Under the pieces are notes generated by a model that searched no databases, had not been told where the DNA came from, and saw nothing but the letters and a program-made list of their open reading frames with translations. The position numbers were made by a program, and so were the translations under genes. Of a stretch of DNA of 64,000 bases, positions 35,201-48,140 are shown piece after piece; positions within the stretch are counted from its first letter, which is position 1; each line of letters starts with the position of its first letter. The stretch is taken from NCBI RefSeq assembly GCF_009914755.1, contig NC_060934.1; one strand, 5' to 3'. The DNA comes from the human T2T-CHM13v2.0 reference genome, Homo sapiens.

Positions 35201-38200
35201 TATGGGAGCCCTTTGAGGCTTATGGGGAAAAGCCGAATATCTCCAGATGAAAAGTAGATAGAATCTATATGTGAAACTTCTTTGTTATGTGTGGATTCCT
35301 CTCACAGAGATAAACCTTTATTTTCATTCAGCAGGTTAAAAACACTTTTTGGAGAATCTGTGAAGGGACATTTCAGAGTGTACTGAGGCCTATGGGGAAA
35401 AATTGAATATCCACAGATAAAAACTGGAAAGAAGCTACCTGTGAAAGGGATTTGTGATGTATGGATTCATCTCACAGAATTAAACCTTTATTTGATTCAG
35501 CAAGTTCAAACACTCTTTCGTAGAACTGCAAAAAGATATTTGGGAGCCCTTTAAGACCTATGGGGAAAAACAAATAACCCACAGATGAAAACTAGAAAGA
35601 AGCTATCTGTGAAAATCCTTTGTGAGGTGTGGATTCATCTCACAGAGGTAAACTTTTCTTTGGATGTAGCAGGTTGGAAACACTCTTTTTGCAGAATCTG
35701 TGAAGGAACATTTGGGAGCCCAGTGAGGCCTATGTGGAAAAACTGAATATCCTCAGATAAAAACTAGAAAGAAGATATCTGTGAAGCTGCATTTTGATTT
35801 GTGGATTCATCTCACATAGGTTAACCATTCTTTTGATTCATCAGGCTGGAAAAACTCTTTTTGGAGAATCTGCAAAGGGACATTTGGACATTTGGGAGCC
35901 CATGAAGGCCTAGGTAGAGAAACCAAATATCCTCAGATAAAAAACTAGAAAAAAGCTATCCGTGAAACAGCTTCATGATGGGTGGATTGATCTCACAGAG
36001 TCAAACTTTTCTTTCAATTCAGGAATTTGGAAAAACTCTTTTTGGAGTGTCTGCAAAGGGACATTTGGGAGCCCATTGTGGCCTATGGAAAAAAAAGAAT
36101 ACCCCCAGATAAAAACTATAAAGAAACTATCTGTTAAAATGCTTCGTGATGTGTGGAGACATCTCACAGAGTTAAAACTTTCTTTTGATTCAGCATGTTG
36201 AAAGCACTCCTTTTGGAGAATCTGTGAAGGGACAATTTGGTAGCCCATTGGGGCTTAAGGGGAAAAAGAGAATACCCCAGATAAAAGCTAGAAAGAAGCT
36301 ATCCATGAAACTGCTTTGTGATGTGTAGATTCATATCACAGTGTTACTTTAAAACTTTCTTTTGATTCAGCAGGTTGAAAACACTCCTATTTTAGAATCG
36401 GCGAGGGGACATTTGAAAACCTATGATGCCTAAGGGTCAAAACTGAATATCCCCAGATAAAATCAAGAAAAAAATTATCCTTGAAACTGCTTTGTGATGT
36501 GTAGATTCATCTCACTAGTTATAAGTTTCTTTTGATCCAGCAGGTTGGAAACATTCTTTTTGGACAATCTGTGAAAAAAAGTTGGGAGTTCATTGAGGCA
36601 TACAGGAGACAACAGAATATCCCCACTTAAAAACTAGAAAGAAGGCATCTGTGAAACTTGTGATGTGTGGATTCAACTCACCAGGTTAATCTTTTCTTTT
36701 TATTAAGCAGGCTGGAAACAATCTTTTTAGAGACTCTGCAATGGGTCATTTGGGAGCCTATTGAGGTCTATGGGGAAAAGTTATTTCCAAATATAAACTA
36801 GAAAGAAGCTATCTGTGAAACTGCTTTGTGATGTGTGGATTCATCTCACAGACTTATACCTTTCTTTTGATCCAGCAGCTTGGAAACACACATTTGCAGA
36901 ATGTGTAAAGGGACATTTTTGAGCCTATTGAGGCCTCTGGGGAAAAAACGAATATCCTGAGACAAAAAACTAGAAATGAGCTATCAGTGAAACTGCTTTG
37001 TGATGAGTGGATTGGTCTCACAGAGTTAAACATTATCTTTGAGTCAGCAGATTGGAATCTCTTTTTATGTAGAATAAATGCAGGGACATTTGGGAGCCCA
37101 TTTTGGCCTGTGTGGAAAAACAGTACATCCCCAGATAAAAACTATAAAGATGCTATCTGTGAAACTGCTTTGTGATGTGTGGATTCATCTCACAGACTTA
37201 AACAATTATTTTGATTCAGCAGGTTGGAAATACTCTTTTGGGATAATCTGTGCAGAGACATATGGGAGCCCATGGAGACCTATAAGGATAAATCAAATAT
37301 CCCCAGATAAAAACTAGAAAGAAGCTATGTGTGAGAATGCTTTGTAATATGTGGATGCATCTCAGAGTTAAACCTTTGTTTTGATTCTCCATGCTGGAAG
37401 CACTCTTTTTGTAGATTATGGGAAGACACATTCTACAAAATGCAAAGATGCGAAGCTATCTTTGAAATTGCTTTGTAATATGTCTATTTATCTCAGAGCT
37501 AAACCTTTCTTTTTATTCACCGGGTAGGAACACTTTTATTCCAGAGCCTGCAAAGGGACTTATGGGAGCCCATTGTGGCATTTGGGAAAAAACTGATATT
37601 CCCAGATTAAAACTAGAAATAAGTTATCTGAGAAACTACTTTGTGATGGATGAATTCACCTCAGAATGTTCAACCTTTCTTTTGATTCAGGAGGTTGAAA
37701 ACACTCTTTTTGGAGAATGTGCAAAAAAACATTTGGGTGCCAGTGAGGCCTGTAGTGAAAAACCGATTATCCCCAGACAAAAACTCGATAAAATTTATGT
37801 GTGAAACTGCTTTGTGATGTCTGGATTCATCTCACAGACTTAAATCTTTCCTTTGATTTAGCAGGTTGGAATCAACCTTTCTGGGGAATCTTCAAAGGGA
37901 CATTTGTGAGCCATATTAGGCTTATGTGGAAAAACTGAATATCCCCAGATTAAAAATACAAAGAATCTATCTATGAAACTGCTTTGTTACATGTGGATTC
38001 ATCTCACAAAGTTAAATCTTTCTTTTTATTCAGCAGGTTGGAAACACTTTTCTTGGAAAATCTTCAAAGGGACATTTTGGAGCCCATTGAAGCCTAAGGG
38101 GCAAAATCAGATATCCCCAGATAAAAACTAGAACAAAGCTATCAGTGAAACTATTTTTCAATGTGTGGATTAATCTCCCAGAGTTAAAACTTCCTTTTGA

Positions 38201-41200
38201 TTCAGCAGTTTGGAAACACTCTGTTTGAAGAATCTGCAAAGGGACATTTCGGAGCCCATTGAGGCCTATGGGGAAAAAGCAAATATTCCCTAATAAAAAC
38301 TAGGAAGAAGCTATTTGTGAAACTGCTTTGTGATGTATGGATTCATCTCACAGAGCTAAAGGTTTCTTTTGATTCAGGAGGAGGAAAACCCTCTTTTTGG
38401 AGAATCTGTGACGGGAAATTTGGGATCCCATTCAGTTTTATGGGGAAAAACTGAACATCCCCAGATAAAACCTAGAAAGAAGCTATGTGTGAAACTATTT
38501 TGTGATGTGTGGATTTATCTAAAAGAGTTAAATATTTCCTTTGATTCAGCAGGTTGTAAACACTCTTTTGGAAAAATCTGTGAAGGGACATTTGGGAGCT
38601 TATTAAGGCCTATGGGGAAAAACTGAATATCCCCAGATTAAAACTACACATAAGCTATCTGTGAAACTGATTATTGATGTGTGGATTTATCTCACAGAGT
38701 TTAACTTTTCCTTTGATTCAGAAGGTTGAAAGCACCTTTCAACCTTTGTTGAGAGGAGAATTTGTGAAAGGACATTTTGGAACCCTTTGAGGCCTATTGA
38801 GAAAAACTAAAATAACCCCAGATACAAACCAGAGAGAAGCTATCTTTGAAACTGCTTTGTGATGTGTTTGTCCATCTCACAGTGTTAAACCTTTCTGTTA
38901 ATTCAGCAGGTTGGAAACACTCTTTTTGGACAATCTGCGAAGGGACGTTTGAAAGCCGATTGAGTTTTATGGAAAAAAACTGAATATCCGCAGACAAAAA
39001 CGAAAAAGGAGCAATCTGTGAAACTGCTTTGTGACGTGTGGATTCATCTCACAGAGTTAAAAGATCCTTTTGATTCAGCAGGTCAGAAACACTCTTTTTA
39101 AGAATCTATGAAGGGACATCTGGGAGCCTATTGAGGACTACATGGAAAAAAAGGAATATTCCCTGATAAAAACTGGAAAGAAATTATCTGTGAAACTGCT
39201 TTGTGATATGTGGATTCATCTAACAGAATTAAACATTTCTTTTTATTCAGCAGATTGGAAACACTCTTTTTGGATAATCTGCAAAGGAACATTTAAAAGC
39301 CTATTGAAGCCTATGGGGAAAAACCAAATAACGCCAGACAAAAAATAGAAAAAAGCTGTCTGTGAAACTGCTCTGTGATGTGTGGATTCATCTCACAGAT
39401 TTAAAACTTTCCTTTGATTCAGCAGGTTGGAAACACTTTTTTGGGAGAATCTGCGAAGTTAAATTTAGGTGTCCATTGTGTCCTAGAGGAGAAAATAGGA
39501 TATCCCAAGTTAACAACTAGAAAGAAGCTATCTGTGAAACTGCTTTGTGATGTGTGGATGCATCACAGAGTTAAAACTTTATTTTGAATCTACAGGTTAC
39601 AAACACTCTTTTTAGAGAATATGTGAAGGGACATTTGGGAGTCCCTTGAGGCCTATGGAAAAAAACTGAATATCCCCAGATAAAAACTAGAAAGAACCTA
39701 TCTGTGAAACTGCCTTGTGATGCATGGATTCATCTCACAAAGTTAAACCTTTCTTTAGATTCAGCAGGGAGGAAACACTCTTTTTGGAGAATCTGCGAAG
39801 GGACTTTTGGGAGCCCATTGAGTCCTATAGGGAAAAACCAAATATCCTGAGATAAAAACAGGAAAGAAGCTATCTCTGAAACTGCTTTGTGATATGTGAA
39901 TTCATCTCACAGAGTTAAACCAATCCTTTGATTCAGCAGGTTTGAATGACTCTTTTTGGAGAATCTGTGGAGGGACATTTGGGAGCCCATTGAGGCCTAG
40001 GGGCAAAACGAAATATCTCCAGATAAAAACTAGAAAGAAGCTCTTTGTGAAACTGTTTTGTGATGTGTTGATTCTATAACACAGTTAAACTTTTCTTTTG
40101 ATTCACCAGGTTGGAAACTCTCTTTTTGCAGAATCTGTGAAAAGACATTTAGGAGCCGATTGAGGCCTATGGTGCAAAACCAAATATCACCCCCCTAAAA
40201 ACTAGTAAGAAGCTATTTTTAAAACTGCTTTGTGGTGTGTGGATTCATCTCACAGAGTTAAACATTTCTTTTGTTTCAGAAGGTTGGAAACACTCTTTTT
40301 GGAGAATCTGTGAAGAGACATTTGGGAGTCCATTGAGACCTTTATGGTCAAACAAATATCCCCAGATAAAAACTAGAAAAAAGTAATCTGTGAATTGGCT
40401 TTGTGATTTTTGGATTCATCTCACCCAGTTAAACTTTTCTTTTGATTCAGCAGTTGGAAATCCTCTTTGGGGAATCTGCAAAAAGACATTGCATAGCCCA
40501 TTGACATTTATGGGCAAAAACTGAATATCTCCACATAAAAACTAGAAAGAACCTATCTGTGAAACTGATTTGTGATGTGTGGATTCATCTTACGGAGTTA
40601 AACGTTTCTTTTGTTTTCACAGTTTGGAAACACTCTTTTTGAGAATCTGTGAGAGGATATTTCAGAGCCCATTGAGGCTTAGGGGTAAAATTGAATGTCC
40701 ACAGATAATAATTAGAAAGAACATATCAGTGAAACTGCTTTGTGATGCATGGATTCATCTCACTGAGTTAAGTATTTCTTTTGATTCAGCAGATTTTAAA
40801 CACTCTTTTTGGAGAATCTGCAAAAGGACATTTAGTAGCCCATTGAGGCATATGGGCAAAAACAGAATATCCTCAGATAAAAATGAAAAAGAAACTGTCT
40901 GTGAAACTGCTTTGTGATGTATGGATTCATGTCACAGAGTTAAACCTTTCTTTTGATTAAGCAGGTTGGAAAAACTCTTTTTGGAGAATCTGTGAGAGAC
41001 AGTTATGAGCCCATTGAGGCCTAGGAGGAAAAACCAAACATCCCCAGATGAAAACTAGAAGGAAGCTATCTTCAAAATTGGTTTGTTTTGTGTGGATTCA
41101 TCTCACAGAATTAACACTTTCTTTTGATTCAGCACTTTGGAAACACTGTTTTTGGAGAATCTGTGAAGGGACACTTTAGAGCCCATTGAGTTCTATGGGG

Positions 41201-44200
41201 AAAAACAAAATATCCCCCGATCAAAACTAGAAAGAAGCTATCTGTGCAACTGCTTTGTGATATTTGGATTCATCTCACAGAGTTAAACTTTTCTTTTGAT
41301 TCAGCAGGTTGAAAACACTATTTTTGAGACTTTGCAAAGGCATATTTGGGGGACCATTAAAACTTATAGGGCAAAGCTGAATATCCTTATACAAACCTAG
41401 AAAAAGGGTGTCTAAAAAACTGGTTTGTGATATGTAGATTCATCTCACAGTGTTTAACGTTTCTCTTGATTCATCAGGTTGAAAACACTCTTATTGGAGA
41501 ATCTGCAAAGGGACATTTGGGAGCCCTTTCAGGCCTATGGGGAAAAGACAAAAATCCCCACTGAAAAACTAGAAAGAAACAATCTTTGAAACTGCTTGGT
41601 GATGTGTGGATTCATCTCACAGTTAAAAATTATATTCATTCAGCAACTTGGAGAAGCTATTTGTGTAGAATCTGCGAAGAAACTTATGTGAGCCCATTGA
41701 GGCCTATTGGGAAAAACAAATATCCCCAGATAAAAACTAGAAAGAAGCTACTTGTGAAACTGCTTTGTGATGTGGGGATTCATCTGACAGAGTTAAACCA
41801 TTCGTTTGATTCAGCGGGTTGGAAACACTGTTTTGGAAAATTGGTGAATGGACATTTGGGAGCCTTTTTAGGTCCAAGTGAAAAAAGTGAATATCTCCTA
41901 ATAAAAACTAGAATGACACTATATATGAAACTGCTTCATGATATGTGGATTCATCTCACAGAGTTAAACTTTTCTTTTTTCATCACTTTGAACACACTGA
42001 TTTTGGGGAATCTGTGAATGGAAATTTGGAAGCCCATTGAGGCTTTTGGGGAAAAACCAAACTTTCCTGGATGAAAACTAGATAGTAGCTGTATACTAAA
42101 CTACTTTGTGATGTGAGGATTCATCTCATAGAGTAACCCCTTTCCTTTGATTCAGCAGAATGGAAGCACTCTTTTTGGAGAATCTGGGAAGGGACACTTT
42201 GTAGGCCATTGACACCTATGGGGGCAAAACTGAGTAGTCCCTGATAAAAAGCACAAAGAAGATATATTGAAACTACTTGTGATGTGTGGGTCATCTCACA
42301 GAGGTAACTCTTTATTTCGATTCAACAGGTTAAAAAGACACTTTTTGGAAAATATGTGAGGAAACATTGGGAGCCCATTAAGGGCTATGTGGAAGAGCCA
42401 AGTATCCCCACATAGAAACTGGAAAGAAGTTATCTGTGAAACTGCTTTGTGATGTGTGGATTCATCTCACAGAGTTATAACTTTCTTTCAATTCAGGAAT
42501 TTGGAAAATTTTTTTGGAGTATCTGTGAAGGGACATTTGGGAACGCATTGAGGACTATGGGTAAAAACAGAATATTCCCAGATAAAAACTAGAAACAAGC
42601 TATCTGTGAAACAGCTTTGTGATGTGTGGGTTCATCTCACATAGTTAAATCTTTCATTTGATTCAGTAGGTTGGAAAGACTCTTTTTGGAGATACTGCGA
42701 AGGGATATTTTGGAGCCCAGTGAAGACTATGGGGAATAACCCAGTACCCACAGAGAAAAACTAGAAAGAAGCTTTGTGTAAAACTGCTTTGTGATGTGTG
42801 GATTCATTTCACAGTGTTAAACCTTTCTTTTTACTCAGCACGTTTGAGAACACTCTTTTTGGAACATCTATGGATGGACTTTTTGGAGCCCTTTGGGGAC
42901 TATGGTAACAAAAACCCTAATATCCTGAGACAAAACAAGAAAGAAGTTATTGTGAAAGTGCTTTGTGATGTATGGATTCATCTCAAAGAGTAAAACTTTT
43001 CTTTTGATGCAGAAGTTTGGAAACACTCTTTAAAGTATCTGCAAAGGGACATTTGGGAACCAATTGAGGCCTACGGTGAAAAGAATAATATATCCAGAGA
43101 AAAACTAGAAAGAAGATATCTGTGAAACTGCTTTGTGAAGTGTGGATTAACCTCACAGACTTAACGCTTTCTTTTGATTCAGCAGGTTGGAAAAACTGTT
43201 TTTGGAGAATCTGCAAAGGAACAATTAGAATCCCATTGAAGCCTAAGGGCAAAGGAATATCCTCAGAGAAAAACTAGAAAGAAGCTATCTGTGAAATTGC
43301 CTTGTGATGTGTGGATTGACCTCACAGAGTTAAACCTTTCTTTTGATTCAGCAGGTTGGAAACACTCTTTTTGGAGAATGTGTAAAGGGATATCTGGGTG
43401 TCCACTGAGGCCTATGGGGCAAAACTGAGTATTCCCTGATAAAAAGAACAAAGAAGATACCTTGAAACTTCTTGTGATGTGAGGGTCTTCTCACAGAGGT
43501 AAAGCTTATTTTGATTCAACAAGTTGGAAAGACTACTTTTGGAGAATCTGTGAGGAAATATTTGGGATCCCATTAAGGCCTATGTGGAAGAGCTGAATAT
43601 CCCCAGATAGGAACTATAAAGAAGCTATATGTGAAACTACTTTTTGATGTGTGGATTAATCTCACAGAGTTAAAACTTTCTTTTGATTCAGCAGTTTGAA
43701 AACACTCTGGAGAATCTGTGAAGGGACTTGGGATTCCATTGAGTTTTACGGGAAAAAACTGAACATCCCCAGATTAAACCTAGAAAGAAACTATGTGTGA
43801 AACTGCTTTGTGATCTGTGGATTCACCTCAAAGAGTTAAACGTTTCCTTGGATCCAGCAGATGGGAATAATCTTCATGAAGATTCTGTAAAGGGACATTT
43901 GAGAGCTCATTCAGGCCTATGGGGAAAAAATGAATATCCCCAGTTAAAAACTACAAATAAGCTACCTGTGAAACTTCTTATTGATGTGTGAGCTTATCTC
44001 ACAAAGTTTAACATTTCCTTTGATTCAGAAAGTTGAAAGCATTCATTCTGGAGAATTTGTAAAGGGACGTTTGGGAGCCTTTTGAGGCCTAGGTGGCAAA
44101 ACCAAATAATCTCAGATATAAACTAGAAAGAAGCTATCTCTGAAACTGCTTTGTGATGTGTTGGTTCATCTCACTGAGTTAAAACTTTCTTTTGATTCAG

Positions 44201-47200
44201 CAGGATGAAAACACTGTTTTTGGAGAATCTACCAAGGGACATTTGAGAGCCCATTGAAGCGTATGGGGAAAAACAGAATATCACCAGCTAAAAACTTCAA
44301 AGAAGCAATCTGTGAAACAAATTTTTAGTTTGTGATGTGTGGATTCATCTCACAGAGTTAAAACTTTCTTTTGATTCAGAAAGATGTGGGCAATCTTTTT
44401 GGAGAATCTGCAAAGGGACATTTTGTAGTCCATTGATGTCTATGGGGAAAAACTGAGTAGTCTCTGATAAAAAGTACAAAGAATATATCTTGAAGCCGCT
44501 TCTGATGAGTGGGTCATCTCACAGAGGAAAGCTTTCTTTTGATTCAACAGGTTAAAAAGTCACGTTTTGGGGAATTTTGAAGAATCATTTGGGAGCCCAT
44601 TAAGGCCTATGTTGAAGAGCAGAATATCCCCAGATAAAAGCTAGAAAGAAGCTATCTGTGAAAGTACTGTGTGATGTGTGGATTCATCTCACAGAGTTAA
44701 ACCTTTCTTTTGATTCAGCATGTTGGAAACACTCTTTTTGCTGAATCTGCATAAAGACAGTTTGGAGCTCATTGAAGTCTATAGGTAAAAACCAAATATT
44801 CCTGGATAAAACCTAGAAACAAGCTATCTGTGAAACTGCTTTATGATGTGTGGATTCATCTCACAGAGTTAAACCTTTCATCTGATTCAGTAGGCTGGAA
44901 ACAATCTTTTTGGAGATTCTGCAAAGGGACATTTTGGAGCCCAATGATTACTATCTGGAATAACCAAGTATGCACAGAGAAAAACTAGAAAGAAGCTTCG
45001 TGTAAAACTGCTTTGTGATGTGTGGATTCATTTCATACTGTTAAACATTTCTTTTTATTCAGCACATTGAAAATACTCTTTTTGGAAAATCTACAGATGG
45101 GCATTATGGAGCCCTTTATGGACGATAGTAACAAAAAAAACCTAATATCTTAAGATTAAAAACTAGAAAGAAGCTATCTGTGAAACTGCTTTGTGATGTG
45201 TGGATACATCTCAAAGAGGTAAACCTTCCTTTTGATGTAGAAGTTTGGAAACACTCTTTTTAAAGAATCTGAAAAGGGATATTTGGGATCCCATTGAGGC
45301 CTCTGGTGATAAGAATAACATACTTAGACAAAAACTAGAAATAAGCTATCTGTGAAACTGCTTTCTGTTGCGTGGATTCATCTAACAGAGTTAAACCTTT
45401 GTTTTGATTCAGCAGATTGGAAACACTCTTCTTAAAGAATCTGTGAAGGGAAATTTCAAAGCCTATTGAGACCTTTGGGGGAAAACGGAATATCCTTAGA
45501 TGAAAACTACAAAGAAGCTATGTGTAAAACTGCTTTGGGATGCATGCATTAATCTCACAGAGGTTAACCTTTCCATTGATTCATCAGGTTGAAAACGATC
45601 TTTTTGCAGAATCTGCAAAAAGACATTTTTGAGCCCTTTGAGGCCTTTGGGGAAAAATCGAATATCCTCAGATAAAAACTAGAAAGAAGCTATTTGTGAA
45701 ACTGCTTTGTGATAGGTGGATTCATCTCCCAGAGTTAAAACATTCTTTTGATACATCAGTTTGGAAACACTCTTTTTGCAGAATTGGTGAAGAAACATTT
45801 GGGAGCCCATTGTGGCCTATGGAGAAAAGCTGAATATCTGCAGAGAAAAAGTAAAATTGAAGCTATATGTGAAACTGTTTGTGATTTGTAGATTCCTTTC
45901 ACAGAGTTTAAACTTTGGTTTGATTTATCAGGTTGGAAACAGTCTTTTTGGAGCATCTGTGAGGGGACATTTGGGAAGCCATTGATGTTTGTGGAGAAAA
46001 AAACAAACGTCCCCCAAATAAAATCTAGAAAGAAGGTATCTGTGAAACGTTTTTTGATTTGTGGACTCTTCTCACAGAATTAACCCTTTCTCTTGATTCA
46101 GCAGATTGGAAACACTTTTTTTGGAGAATCTGTGAAGGGACTTTAGGGAGCCCAATGAGGCCTACAGGGAATAACCTAACATCCCAAGATAACAACAAAA
46201 AAGAAGCTATCTTTGAAACTGCTTTGTGATGTGTTGATTCATCCCACAGAGTTAAACCTTTCTTTTGATTCAGTAGGTTAGATACACTCTTTGGAGAATC
46301 TGGAAGGGACATTTTGTAGCCTATTGAAGTTTATGGGACAAAACTGAATATCCCCAGATAAGAACTAGAAAGAAGTTCTCTGTGAAACTGCTTTGTGATA
46401 TGTACATTCATCTCACAGAGTTAAACCTTTCTTTTGAGTAAGCAGGAAAGAAACATTATTTTGGAGAATCTGCAAAGGAATATTTCAAAACCCATTGAGG
46501 CCTATGGGGAAAAACTGAATATCCCCAGATAAAAACTAGAAATAAGCTATATTCAAAACAGCTTTGTAGTGTGTGGATTCATCTTATAGAGTGAAACATT
46601 TGTTTTGATTCAGCGGGTTGAAAACACTCTTTCTGGGAATCTGCAAACTGACAATTAAGAGCCCATTGAGGACTATGAAGAAAAAAAATCATCCCCAGAT
46701 CGAAACTAGAAGGAAGATATCTGTGAAACTGCTTTGTGATGTGTGGATTCATCTCACAGACTTAAACCTTTCTTTTCATTCAGCAGGTTGGAAACACTCT
46801 GTTTTGAGAATCTGCAAAAGGACATTTGGGAGCCCATTGAGACCTATAGGGAAAAATTGAACATTTCCTGATAAAAGCAAGAAGGAATCTATGTGTGAAA
46901 CTGCTTTGTGATGTGTGGAATCATCTCAAAAACGTAAATATTCTTTAGATTCGGCAGATGGGAGCATTCTTCTTGGTGAAATTGTGAAGGAATATTTGGG
47001 AGACAATTGAGGACTTTGGGGAAAAACTGAATATCCCCAGATAAAAACTACAAGGAAGCTATCTGTAAAACTGTTTTGTGATGTGTGGATTCATCTCATG
47101 AAGTTTAACCTTTCCTTTGATACAGCAGGTAGAAAACTCTCTTTTTGCAGGATCTGTGAAAATACATATTTGAGCCCATTGAGGTGTATGTGGCAACATT

Positions 47201-48140
47201 GAATATCTGCAGACAAAAACTAGAAAGAAGTTCTCGGTGAAACTGCATTGTGATGTTTGGATTCATCTCACAGAGTTAAACCTTTCTTTTGATTCAGCAG
47301 GTTGTAAACACTCTTTTTGGAGAATCTGTGAAGGGACATATTGGAGCCCATTGAGGCCAAAGGGGAAAAAATTCAATGTGCTCAGATAAAAACTAGAAAG
47401 AAGCTGTCTGTGAAACTGCTTTGTGACTTGTGGATTCCCTGCACAGAGTCTAAACTTTGTTTTGATTTCTCAGGTTGGAAACACTCTTTTTGGAAAATCT
47501 ATGAGAGGACATTTGGGAGGCCATTGAGGCCTGTGGGGAAAAACCAAACATCCCCAGAATAAAAACTAGAAAGAATCTATCTGTGAAACCACTTTTTGAT
47601 ATGTGGACTCTTGTCACAGACTTAAATCTTTCTCTTGATTCAGCAGATTAGAATCACTCCTTTTGGAGAATCTGTGAAGGGACACTTGTAGCCCATTGAG
47701 GCCTAAGGGGAATAACAAAACATCCCCAGATAAAAACAAGAAAGAAGCTATCTTTGAAACTGCTTACTGATGTATTGATTCATCCCACAGAGTTTAACAT
47801 TTCATCTGGTTCAGCAGGTGAGAAACACTCTTTGGAGAATCTGGAAGAGACATTTTAGAGCCTCATTGAATTTTATGGGACAAAACTGAATATCTGCAAA
47901 TAAAAACTAGAAAGAAGCTCTCTGTGAATCTGCTTTGTGATATGTGGATTCATCTCACAGAGTTAAACCTTTCTTTTGAGTCAGCAGGTAGAAAACATTC
48001 TTCTGGAGAATCCTCAAAGGGATATTGCAGAACCCATTGAGGCCTATGGGGAAAAATGTAATATCACCAGATAAAAACTAGAAAGAAGCTACTTTTGAAA
48101 CAACTTTGTAATGTGTGGGTTCTTCTCACAGAGATAAAAC
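23291..48140 (+). repeat. Old monomeric alpha satellite (A-type, no CENP-B boxes seen)
   Basis: Highly diverged ~171-bp monomers sharing AAGCTATCTGTGAAACTGC, GTGTGGATTCATCTCACAG, GATTCAGCAGGTTGGAAAC and GAGGCCTATGGGGAAAAACTGAATATCCCCAG; CpG-depleted. Confidence 0.92.

Noticed and set aside
35877-35895. Small tandem duplication GGACATTTGGACATTTGG and scattered short deletions (e.g. ~51375, ~52255)
   Set aside because: Ordinary indel decay of old satellite with no further structure seen.
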